Of a stretch of DNA of 64,000 nucleotides, positions 1-8,555 are shown piece by piece. The stretch lies in NCBI GenBank assembly GCA_944383355.1, contig CALWPF010000006.1, positions 429-64,428 on the forward strand, given 5' to 3'. Positions within the stretch are counted from its first letter, which is position 1. Each line of letters opens with the position of its first letter. Under the pieces are notes generated by a model. That model did not search any database, was not told where the DNA came from, and saw only the letters and a list, made by a program, of their open reading frames with translations. The position numbers and the translations under genes were made by a program. The DNA comes from an uncultured Clostridia bacterium (lineage in GTDB: Bacteria > Bacillota > Clostridia > Christensenellales > UBA1242).

Positions 1-1
1 T

Positions 2-484
2 TCTCACAGTGCCTTCAATGTCGACCCCTCCGGCGCTGGCAGCGATCTCAGCAATGTACTCAGTGCCCTAGCCGTGCGTCCTGCGCTTCACTTAAATCTT
101 AGTGCGTTGTCTACAGTTGTGAGTGGCGGAGAAGAAGGAAGTGGGGTAGAAGTAACTATAAATGGTGTCCCAGATGGTAGTGCGACTATAGTGGATACTA
201 CGCAATATAATGTAAGTGTATTGGACAGCAATGGGGCAATAGTTTATAGTAGGACATTTGACTCTGGTGCTACCAACAATACTGTTACAACAGTATCTCT
301 GCAAGAGGGGGCTACTTACACACTACTAGCGCAAGTACCAGCAGGATATGCAACTTTTGTAACGATATCTGGGCAGACATATTATGCAAAAGTAATTAAC
401 TTTGTAGCCCAGAGTGATTTGGTTATAGGTGTAGAGGCAAGACTCCGATCACAAGGCTGGTTTGATGATGTTACTATATATTGA
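2..484 (+). CDS. 3' end of a surface-protein paralog, 5'-truncated by the window edge. Same C-terminal module as the 1011..2609 product.
   Basis: The frame is open from base 2 (SHSAFNVDPSGAG..ALAVRPALHLNLSALS..) to TGA at 482-484. It aligns with the C-terminal ~160 aa of the next gene at a constant 2125-bp offset. Confidence 0.8.
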   Translation, partial: SHSAFNVDPSGAGSDLSNVLSALAVRPALHLNLSALSTVVSGGEEGSGVEVTINGVPDGSATIVDTTQYNVSVLDSNGAIVYSRTFDSGATNNTVTTVSLQEGATYTLLAQVPAGYATFVTISGQTYYAKVINFVAQSDLVIGVEARLRSQGWFDDVTIY

Positions 485-572
485 TAATGAGGAAAAAATT
501 AATTCTGGATATAATTTAATTTTTGCTCTCGTAAGGCAATAAAGCCTTAATGTTTATTATGGATAAAATTAT

Positions 573-604
573 AAAAAGGTCGCAATAAATAATTAGACCT
601 TTTT
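573..604 (+). terminator. Rho-independent (bidirectional-type) terminator hairpin, copy A
   Basis: aaaaaggtc (573-581), 14-nt loop gcaataaataatta (582-595), gaccttttt (596-604). An A-tract lies 5' and a T-tract 3'. Confidence 0.7.
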
Positions 605-963
605 ATTTTTATATTAGTTTTTGTTAATTTGAATTTATGTAATTTTTATATAAATATTATTTATCAGTACAAATATTGTTAGAGTACTTTTTAGCCTAAG
701 GGGAGCATTGTAAAAATTATTTTTTAATAAAATCATATTGCAAAATATTGGTAATATTTTATCACAATTATTTGCATAATTATTTATACTTTTTTGTGTC
801 ATCAAAATTTGGGTATTATTAATAAAAAAAGTAACTTACTACTTTTATGAAGGTTATTTACCGTTTACTGTACTAGTTTTTTTAATAGTCTAACTGTTTT
901 AGTTTTTTTGTTTTGTAAAATTAATTAAGTAAGATATCCAACAATTTGTTATTTGATTTTTGT

Positions 964-993
964 TTGACTATTATTCATTTGATGTGGTAAACT
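964..993 (+). promoter_or_regulatory. Candidate sigma-A promoter with extended -10 for the 1011..2609 gene
   Basis: TTGACT at 964-969, an 18-nt spacer, then TGgTAAACT with the -10 hexamer at 988-993. It lies about 20-35 nt upstream of the start codon. Confidence 0.35.
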
Positions 994-1010
994 AAAATTA
1001 ATAAAAGATA

Positions 1011-2609
1011 GTGGAGGAGTATGGAGTGAAAGGTAGCCCAATAGTTGTAACAAGATTGTTTGTTATCATACTTAGTTTTGTTATCGCTTGTACAAGCGGA
1101 CTGGGTGTCGGTCTATTGTATAGTGGTTATAGTGCTCTCAATGCATTGTCTACTAGTACAGATACTAGCACCTATGTCAAGGTAGACGAGCTCTGGGATA
1201 GTGAGGCAAAGGCCATGAGTGGAGACAATGTGAGTAAATTGCTGAGTTATCTATCTAGCGATGGCACAATAGATGGGGTACAGGCTAGTACACCACAGAC
1301 TGCGACAGATATCCGAGGCTATACATATGGAGGCAAGTCAGCAGAGCAAAGTGTAGTAGTGCGCTTGGGTGGACTAGACTGGATAGTTACATATATATCT
1401 ACTGCTGGAGATGACAAGATAGCTACACTTTGGCTGAGCAATTGTATCCAAGATGCCTTTGTTGGGCGTAGCCAGACAGAGGGAGAAAAGTATGGTTATG
1501 TAACCACTAGCGTAGGCACAGGGTTGTACAGTGACTGGTCATATGATTGGTATAGTAGTACAGTAGGTACATATCCTAGTAATATGTACAGTACCAGTTA
1601 TATTAGAGTAGTCACACTCAATAACGGGGGACAATATGCTACTAGCAACTCTGCATTGTCTAGCAAGCAGAGTAAGATTAGTAGTAGCGTATTTGCAGAG
1701 TTTACTATAGATAGTACAAGCTCTGTAGGAGATTTTGATGCACTTACAGATTATATAGTGACACCAAATCAAGTGAGTTGGCAGACAGGCAGACAAGATT
1801 CAAAGAATCTGATAAGTTGGAGTTATTATATGAATAACGAATCAACTACCTTGGGTGGAGATTATAGTAGCACATATGATTATTCTAGCAAGAGTCATTA
1901 TTCAGAGTGGGGTAGTGATTATCTGTGGTTACCTAGTCTGACAGAGATGGGATACAACAATACAAATGGCTTGTGGGAGGTAAGTATAGAGGAGAGGAAA
2001 AACTACGATGGTAACTACGATGGTAGTACTACGACAGTATCTAGTAGCGTATCACCTGGTTCAAATAATACATCTTCAACTCATACCTACGCCTATTCGT
2101 GGTCGCGCTCCGCTTACGACTCTCTTTCGAACTATGCATACTCTGTCAACCCCTCCGGCGCTAACGACCTTGACTACGGTGTTCACAATGCGCTAGCCGT
2201 GCGTCCTGCGCTTCACTTAAATCTTAGTGCGTTGTCTACAAGTGCCAGTGGTGGTGGAGACGAGAGTGGGGTAGAGGTAACAATAAATGGTGTACCAGAT
2301 GGTAGTGCGACTATAGTGGATACTACGCAATATAATGTAAGTGTATTGGACAGCAGTGGGGCAATAGTCTATAGCAGTACATTTGACTCTGGTGCTACCA
2401 ACAATACTGTTACAACAGTATCTCTGCAAGATGGGTCTACTTACACACTACTAGCGCAAGTACCAGCAGGATATGCGACTTTTGTAACGATATCTGGACA
2501 GACATATTATGCAAAGGTAATTAATTTTGTAGCCCAGAGTGATTTGGTTATAGGTGTAGAGGCAAGACTCCGATCACAAGGCTGGTTTGATGATGTTACC
2601 ATGTATTAA
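1011..2609 (+). CDS. Membrane-anchored, Ser/Thr/Tyr-rich surface protein with a DUF6273-like core and a C-terminal beta-sandwich-like module
   Basis: 532-aa ORF. GTG at 1026, 7 nt after GGAGGAG (1013-1019), is the more likely start. An N-terminal TM helix (LFVIILSFVIACTSGLGVGLLY) is present. The motifs LWLPS..W.RS....AVRPALHLNL recall the DUF6273-type domain; this family assignment is from memory only. Confidence 0.75.
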   Translation: MEEYGVKGSPIVVTRLFVIILSFVIACTSGLGVGLLYSGYSALNALSTSTDTSTYVKVDELWDSEAKAMSGDNVSKLLSYLSSDGTIDGVQASTPQTATDIRGYTYGGKSAEQSVVVRLGGLDWIVTYISTAGDDKIATLWLSNCIQDAFVGRSQTEGEKYGYVTTSVGTGLYSDWSYDWYSSTVGTYPSNMYSTSYIRVVTLNNGGQYATSNSALSSKQSKISSSVFAEFTIDSTSSVGDFDALTDYIVTPNQVSWQTGRQDSKNLISWSYYMNNESTTLGGDYSSTYDYSSKSHYSEWGSDYLWLPSLTEMGYNNTNGLWEVSIEERKNYDGNYDGSTTTVSSSVSPGSNNTSSTHTYAYSWSRSAYDSLSNYAYSVNPSGANDLDYGVHNALAVRPALHLNLSALSTSASGGGDESGVEVTINGVPDGSATIVDTTQYNVSVLDSSGAIVYSSTFDSGATNNTVTTVSLQDGSTYTLLAQVPAGYATFVTISGQTYYAKVINFVAQSDLVIGVEARLRSQGWFDDVTMY

Positions 2610-2795
2610 TAATCAGGAAAAAAATTAATTCTTATTATAATTAATTTTTGCTCTCGTAAGGCAATAAAGCCTTAATGTTTATTATGGATAAAATTATAAA
2701 AAGGTCTAATTATTTATTGCGACCTTTTTATTTTTATATTAGTTTTTGTTAATTTGAATTTATGTAATTTTTATATAAATATTATTTATTAGTAC
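2126..2795. repeat. Tandem direct repeat, copy B. Pairs with 1..670. Degenerate homology continues to about 2935.
   Basis: Same landmarks as copy A at +2125 bp. The downstream conserved blocks ttggtaatatttta(t/a)cacaattatt and tcaaaattt are also shared. Confidence 0.85.
2698..2729 (+). terminator. Rho-independent terminator hairpin, copy B. The loop is inverted relative to copy A.
   Basis: aaaaaggtc (2698-2706), loop taattatttattgc (2707-2720), gaccttttt (2721-2729). The loop is the exact reverse complement of the copy A loop. Confidence 0.7.
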
Positions 2796-3061
2796 TAGTG
2801 GGGGCGGTGCTTTTTTTAGTGTGAAGAAGAATTGTAAAAATAGTTTGATAAAATTATATCAATATGATGTTGGTAATATTTTAACACAATTATTATACTT
2901 TTTGTGCCGTCAAAATTTAGAATATTATTTAAAGTAATAATTCCTCTTTACATTGTGGTGGCTATAGGGTATGATAGATATCATATTAATGAAATAGCAT
3001 AATTATATCAATGCAAATAGTCGGTATTTGATGTAGCGTATGATAAATCGGGGAGTAGGAT

Positions 3062-3934
3062 ATGCGTTGTAATATTTGCCCTAGGCAATGTAGTATTGAT
3101 AGAGTAGATGGTATAGGTTATTGTGGTATGACAAACAATCTCAAAGTGGCAAAGGTAGGGCGCTTTGATTGGGAGGAGCCTATTATCAGTGGGACTAGAG
3201 GTAGTGGGGCTATTTTTTTTAGTGGTTGCAACTTGAGGTGTAGTTTTTGTCAAAATTATCAAATCAGTAGTGAGGGATTTGGCAAGATAATATCTGTGGA
3301 AAGACTAGCACAGATTTTTTGTGAATTGGAAAATCTGGGTGTACACAATATTAATTTAGTCAGCCCTACCCAGTTTACTGAGCAAATTATCCAGGCGTTA
3401 GATATTTATAAACCCAATATACCTGTTGTATGGAATAGTAACGGTTATGAGAATGTAGATACACTAAAAAAATTAAGAAAATACATAGATATCTTTTTGG
3501 TTGATTGTAAATTTGCAAATGCTGAATTGTCTAATAGATTTTGCCATGCGGTTGACTACCCGGAGGTCAATAAAAAATGTATTTTAGAGATGCTTGAGCA
3601 ACAGCCAGTATTAAAATATAGTAGTGATAGTACCTTGAGCAAAGGCGTTATTATAAGGCACCTAGTGATGCCTAATTGCACAAAAGATAGCAAGTTGATT
3701 TTGGATTATTTGATTAATATAAAGGATAGAGATTATTATCTCAGCCTAATGGGGCAATACACTCCATATTATCTCGCACGCAATGATGAGATGATCAATA
3801 GGAAGTTACGCCCACTGGAGTACAAGGCTGTTATAAGTTATGTCCAAAAATTAGGTTTTGAAAAGGTTTTTATCCAAGACCTAACTAGCGCTACCGAGGA
3901 TTATATACCCAATTGGGATTTGAGTGGTGTTTAG
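3062..3934 (+). CDS. Radical SAM protein, PflX-like (pyruvate formate-lyase activase family)
   Basis: MRCNICPRQC..GYCG N-terminal Cys cluster. GSGAIFFSGCNLRCSFCQN contains the CxxxCxxC radical-SAM motif. 290 aa. Confidence 0.8.
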   Translation: MRCNICPRQCSIDRVDGIGYCGMTNNLKVAKVGRFDWEEPIISGTRGSGAIFFSGCNLRCSFCQNYQISSEGFGKIISVERLAQIFCELENLGVHNINLVSPTQFTEQIIQALDIYKPNIPVVWNSNGYENVDTLKKLRKYIDIFLVDCKFANAELSNRFCHAVDYPEVNKKCILEMLEQQPVLKYSSDSTLSKGVIIRHLVMPNCTKDSKLILDYLINIKDRDYYLSLMGQYTPYYLARNDEMINRKLRPLEYKAVISYVQKLGFEKVFIQDLTSATEDYIPNWDLSGV

Positions 3935-3951
3935 GATAAAAAAGTTTTGGT

Positions 3952-3980
3952 AATGACTTGGGATAGTCATTCTGCTTTTT
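3952..3980 (+). terminator. Weak terminator-like hairpin
   Basis: aatgact (3952-3958), tgggat, agtcatt (3965-3971), then ctgcttttt. Confidence 0.35.
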
Positions 3981-4149
3981 GGTGGTTGTATAAATTTTGA
4001 GTATTTAATAGTTTAATCACAAACCGCTTTTGGTATTGGGCTGGGACTAAAAACTCATTTAAATATTAATTTTATTACTTATAAATTTGATTGATTTTTG
4101 TATACAAAATAGTAATTTGTGTAATTCACAAAAAAGTGTAATTTAACTC

Positions 4150-4178
4150 TTGACAATAAAAAACATTCTGTTATATAT
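4150..4178 (+). promoter_or_regulatory. Candidate sigma-A promoter of the marR-ABC operon
   Basis: TTGACA at 4150-4155, a 16-17 nt spacer, then TATATA/ATATAT at 4172-4178. The track's TTG start at 4150 is the -35 box itself. Confidence 0.5.
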
Positions 4179-4179
4179 T

Positions 4180-4193
4180 GTTAGCATACTAAC
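4180..4193. promoter_or_regulatory. Inverted repeat at the predicted transcription start; candidate MarR operator
   Basis: GTTAG-CATA-CTAAC immediately downstream of the -10 element. Confidence 0.3.
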
Positions 4194-4218
4194 TAAATCT
4201 AAATTGGTGGAATACAAT

Positions 4219-4677
4219 ATGTCACAGGTGAATTACAATAGTTTGGATAGTGAATTGCGCAAATTAGTGATATTAATCAAGCGTAATTATGATAATTTTC
4301 ATAGGCAATACTTTAGTGATTTGACCCGCTTGCAAGGAGAGGTGCTACTCATCATTACTCATGCCTCTAGTGATGTTTATCAACGGGATATAGAGCAAAA
4401 ACTGTGTATTAGGCGCTCAACTGCAACTCAACTGTTATCCACGATGGAGCGCAAGGGTTTGATTACTAGAGAAAATGTGGAGCAAGATGCTAGACTAAAA
4501 AAATTGGTAGTGACAGATAAATCTCGTGCGTTATTGGATATGATGCACAAGACTGCCAAAGATGTGGGTAAAAAATTGATAGATGGTATCAATGCCAATG
4601 AATTACAGCAATTTTTAGAGATATTACATAAAATGCAGGACAATATGTCGCATCAGATTGTTTTTGACACCATTTAG
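4219..4677 (+). CDS. MarR-family transcriptional regulator
   Basis: ATG at 4219 follows GGTGGA. The winged-HTH region QRDIEQKLCIRRSTATQLLSTMERKGLITRE..DARLKKLVVT is typical of MarR. The track ORF 4150..4677 is over-extended at its 5' end. Confidence 0.8.
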   Translation: MSQVNYNSLDSELRKLVILIKRNYDNFHRQYFSDLTRLQGEVLLIITHASSDVYQRDIEQKLCIRRSTATQLLSTMERKGLITRENVEQDARLKKLVVTDKSRALLDMMHKTAKDVGKKLIDGINANELQQFLEILHKMQDNMSHQIVFDTI

Positions 4678-4758
4678 CAAACTTTTATGAGAAATACATA
4701 ATTATTTAGCACTTTTATACAAAAGACAACATAAAATTAACTTATTACGAGGTAAATC

Positions 4759-6513
4759 ATGAACTTTTTGCAATATTTCAAGACAAGAGAATGGATATTT
4801 ACAGCAATGATAATAGTGTTGATAGTAGGTCAAGTTTGGTTGGATTTGAAGTTGCCAAATTATATGACTAAGATTACACAATTGGTGGAGATGGGTGTAG
4901 ATAACACTACTGATATATGGATTGCTGGTGGCAAGATGCTTGCTTGTGCTCTAGGTAGTGCTGTAATGGCGGTAATCGTAGGCTATTGCTGTGCAAAATT
5001 GGCAGCTACAGTTGCTCAGCGTATGCGTGCTGATGTGTTTGACAAGGTGCAGTCATTTGGCATGAATGAAATTAAAAAATTTAGTGTACCTAGCCTAATT
5101 ACTCGTAGTACCAATGATATTACTCAAATTCAGCTCACTGTTGCTATGGGATTGCAGGTAATAGTCAAGGCGCCAGTAATGGCTATATGGGCAATAGTGA
5201 CGATATTGGGTAAGAGCTGGGAATGGTCCTTGGCTACTGCTGTTGCGGTAATAGTGCTGATGTTACTCATAGCGTTTATAGTTATTTTTGCCCTGCCTCG
5301 CTTCCGTAAGATTCAGACTCTTACTGATAATGTCAACCGTGTCACTAGAGAGAATTTGACTGGGCTCAGGGTCGTGAGAGCATACAATGCAGAGGCCTTT
5401 GAGAGTAAAAAGTTTGAAAAAGCCAATCAAGAATTGACTGGTACAAACTTGGTAGTAAATAGATTGATGGCGATACTCAGTCCTGGTATGCAGTTGATGG
5501 TGAGTGGATTATCCCTAGCAATATACTGGATAGGTGCATATCTAATTAATGCTGCAGATGTTGCTAATAGGTTAGTATTATTCAGCGATATGGTAGTATT
5601 TATGAGTTACTCCATGTTGATAGTAATGTCTTTTGTAATGCTAACTATGATATTCATAATGTTACCTAGGGCTGTAGTATCTGCAAAGCGTATTGGGGAG
5701 GTGCTCAATACAAAGCCTAGCATTATAGACGGCAAGGGTGATGTTGCACCTACTGAGCAGGGTACTGTAGAATTTAAAAACGTTAGCTTTAAGTACCCTA
5801 ATGCAGATGAATATGTCTTGAAAGATATTAGTTTTAAGGTCAACAAGGGTGATACTGTAGCATTTATCGGTTCAACGGGTAGTGGAAAGTCTACATTAAT
5901 CAATCTAGTACCACGCTTTTATGATGTGACAGATGGCGAGGTGTTGGTAGATGGTGTCAATGTCAAATATTATAAACAAGCAGATTTATTAAACAAGATA
6001 GGTTATGTATCTCAAAAGGCAGTATTATTTAGCGGTACCGTTCGCTCGAATATTTGTTATGGAGATAATAGTAAACCTGAGCCAACTGATGATGAGATAA
6101 ATAATGCTCTGAGTATCAGTCAAGCCTCGTTTGTAAGTAAAATGCCAGATGGTTTGGATAGTCATATTGCGCAGGGTGGTACCAATGTCAGTGGTGGTCA
6201 AAAACAACGTCTCAGCATCGCAAGAGCTATAGCACGCAAGCCAGAGATATGCATATTTGATGATTCATTCTCTGCATTGGACTATAGGACAGATAAGAAA
6301 TTGCGTGATGCCCTACGCAAAAAGAACAAAGGCGTTACTAATTTAATCGTGGCACAGCGTATAGGTACAATAAAAGATGCTGATACCATAGTAGTATTGG
6401 ATAATGGTACTATGGCAGGCTGTGGTAAGCATGAGGACTTGCTAAAAAATTGTAAAGTATACAAAGAGATAGCGTTATCACAATTGACAGAGGAGGAGTT
6501 GGGCAATGAGTAA
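4759..6513 (+). CDS. ABC exporter subunit A (TMD-NBD half transporter) with a degenerate ATPase site
   Basis: Walker A GSTGSGKST and signature VSGGQKQR are present. Walker B reads ICIFDDSFSALD with no catalytic Glu. The H-loop reads VAQR, Gln in place of His. Confidence 0.9.
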   Translation: MNFLQYFKTREWIFTAMIIVLIVGQVWLDLKLPNYMTKITQLVEMGVDNTTDIWIAGGKMLACALGSAVMAVIVGYCCAKLAATVAQRMRADVFDKVQSFGMNEIKKFSVPSLITRSTNDITQIQLTVAMGLQVIVKAPVMAIWAIVTILGKSWEWSLATAVAVIVLMLLIAFIVIFALPRFRKIQTLTDNVNRVTRENLTGLRVVRAYNAEAFESKKFEKANQELTGTNLVVNRLMAILSPGMQLMVSGLSLAIYWIGAYLINAADVANRLVLFSDMVVFMSYSMLIVMSFVMLTMIFIMLPRAVVSAKRIGEVLNTKPSIIDGKGDVAPTEQGTVEFKNVSFKYPNADEYVLKDISFKVNKGDTVAFIGSTGSGKSTLINLVPRFYDVTDGEVLVDGVNVKYYKQADLLNKIGYVSQKAVLFSGTVRSNICYGDNSKPEPTDDEINNALSISQASFVSKMPDGLDSHIAQGGTNVSGGQKQRLSIARAIARKPEICIFDDSFSALDYRTDKKLRDALRKKNKGVTNLIVAQRIGTIKDADTIVVLDNGTMAGCGKHEDLLKNCKVYKEIALSQLTEEELGNE

Positions 6514-8332
6514 TAATAGTAAATCACAGACTGCTCCTCGTAGGGCTATGGGTGGAGTGAGAGCAGTGGAAAAACCAAAGAATTTTAAACACGCCATGGC
6601 TAGATTATTTGGCTTTTGCAAGCCGCATGCGGTATGGATAATTATAGCAGTACTGTGCTCTGCCTTGGGGGCGGTGTGCTCGCTAATAGGTCCAAACAAG
6701 ATTAGTGAGTTAACCGATGTTATTAGTGCTGCCATTGGCGGTGGCAATGTGGATATGGGTGCTGTCACTGAGATTGGTATATTTTTACTGTGTATTTATG
6801 GTATAGGTTTGATCTTGAACTATGCCGAGGGTTACATCATGGCAACAGTTACACAGAGAATATCCAAGCGTATGCGTACCAGTATATCTGATAAAATTAA
6901 CAAATTGCCACTAAGTTATTTGGATAGGACCACATATGGCGATGTGTTGAGTAGGGTAACCAATGATGTGGATACTATTGGGCAAACATTAAACAACAGT
7001 ATTGCATCACTAGTAGGAGCTATTACACTATTTGTAGGTGCCTTAATTATGATGTTTGTCACTAACTGGATAATGGCTTTATCTGGTATTGCCGCTACCA
7101 TGTTGGGTTTCATAATAATGGCAATTATTATGGCAAAATCACAAAAGTACTTTATTCAACAACAAAATAGCCTAGGTGAGTTAAATGGTCATGTTGAGGA
7201 AATTTATACTGGACATACCGTAGTCAAGGCATATAACGGTGAGCGCAAGGCAAAAGAGCAGTTTGACCAAATTAATAACAAACTGTATACCAGTGCATGG
7301 AAATCACAATTTTTATCTGGTATGATGATGCCATTGATGAATTTTATAGGTAACTTTGGCTATGTGGTAGTATGTGTAGTGGGTGCAGTGTTGGCAATCA
7401 ACAATATTATTTCATTTGGTGTTATAGTTGCATTTATGATTTATATTAGATTGTTTACGCAACCTTTATCACAAATAGCGCAGGCATTTACTAATTTGCA
7501 ATCTACTGCAGCAGCAACCGAGCGTGTGGTAGAGTTTTTGGACGAGACAGAGATGAGTGACGAAAGTGCAAAGACCAAAACATTGACAAATGTTCGTGGA
7601 GACGTGGAGTTTCGTCATGTTCGTTTTGGATACACTGAGGACAAGGATATTATTCATGACTTTAGTGCTACAGTCAAAGCTGGTCAAAAAGTAGCAATTG
7701 TAGGGCCTACTGGTGCGGGTAAAACCACAATAGTCAATCTACTCATGCGCTTTTATGACGTCAAGAGTGGAGAGATACTGATAGACGGCGTGCCTACCCA
7801 AGAGTTGACTAGGCAAAATGTTCACGACTTGTTTGGTATGGTGTTGCAGGATACATGGCTGTTTAATGGTACAATCAAGGATAATATTAGATACAGCAAG
7901 ACTGATGTGACTGATGAGCAGATACACAAGGCATGTGAGGCTGTTGGGCTAGACCACTTTATACGCACTCTGCCTGAGGGATATGATACTGTGCTAGATG
8001 ATAGCACTAGTGTGAGTGCTGGGCAAAAGCAGTTGCTCACTATTGCTAGGGCGATGGTACAAAATAGTCCTATGCTGATATTAGACGAGGCGACGAGCTC
8101 TGTTGATACTCGTACTGAGATATTGATACAACAGGCAATGGATAAATTGACCAAGGGTAGGACATCGTTTGTAATAGCACATAGGTTATCTACTATCAAA
8201 AATGCTGACATAATACTAGTTATGAAAGATGGGGATATAGTAGAGCAAGGTAATCATGAGCAATTATTGGCAAAAGGTGGATTTTATGCTGATTTGTACA
8301 ACAGTCAGTTTGAGCCTGAGGATACTGAATAA
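6506..8332 (+). CDS. ABC exporter subunit B (TMD-NBD half transporter) with a consensus ATPase site
   Basis: Overlaps subunit A by 8 nt. Walker A GPTGAGKTT, Walker B LILDEATSSVD and H-loop IAHR are canonical. The signature is atypical (VSAGQKQ). Confidence 0.9.
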   Translation: MSNNSKSQTAPRRAMGGVRAVEKPKNFKHAMARLFGFCKPHAVWIIIAVLCSALGAVCSLIGPNKISELTDVISAAIGGGNVDMGAVTEIGIFLLCIYGIGLILNYAEGYIMATVTQRISKRMRTSISDKINKLPLSYLDRTTYGDVLSRVTNDVDTIGQTLNNSIASLVGAITLFVGALIMMFVTNWIMALSGIAATMLGFIIMAIIMAKSQKYFIQQQNSLGELNGHVEEIYTGHTVVKAYNGERKAKEQFDQINNKLYTSAWKSQFLSGMMMPLMNFIGNFGYVVVCVVGAVLAINNIISFGVIVAFMIYIRLFTQPLSQIAQAFTNLQSTAAATERVVEFLDETEMSDESAKTKTLTNVRGDVEFRHVRFGYTEDKDIIHDFSATVKAGQKVAIVGPTGAGKTTIVNLLMRFYDVKSGEILIDGVPTQELTRQNVHDLFGMVLQDTWLFNGTIKDNIRYSKTDVTDEQIHKACEAVGLDHFIRTLPEGYDTVLDDSTSVSAGQKQLLTIARAMVQNSPMLILDEATSSVDTRTEILIQQAMDKLTKGRTSFVIAHRLSTIKNADIILVMKDGDIVEQGNHEQLLAKGGFYADLYNSQFEPEDTE

Positions 8333-8376
8333 AATACTTTATTATTAGATTTATTTTAGCATTTATAATATAATAA

Positions 8377-8406
8377 AATATAACAGATAATTACTGTTAT
8401 ATTTTT
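8377..8406 (+). terminator. Rho-independent terminator
   Basis: 10-bp stem aatataacag / ctgttatatt with a 7-nt loop, followed by tttc. Confidence 0.6.
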
Positions 8407-8555
8407 CTTTATTAAGAGCTCCTAGATTTTTTAATTATTTTTGCTATTTAAAATCAATAAAAATATAATCCATTTGAGGTTTGTTTTTATTTATAATTGT
8501 GTATTGCAAAAAAAGTTTTATTTTGATACAATACCTCCGAATGAGGAGTGAAAAT

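Larger units (their letters stand above)
1..670. repeat. Tandem direct repeat, copy A. Pairs with 2126..2795 at a 2125-bp offset with no indels. Weaker homology continues to about 830.
   Basis: Landmarks in register: gtcgac/gtcaac at 20 vs 2145, gtgcgtcctgcgcttcac at 74 vs 2199, attatttat at 656 vs 2781. The non-coding tail is nearly identical apart from one inverted 14-nt loop. Confidence 0.85.
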
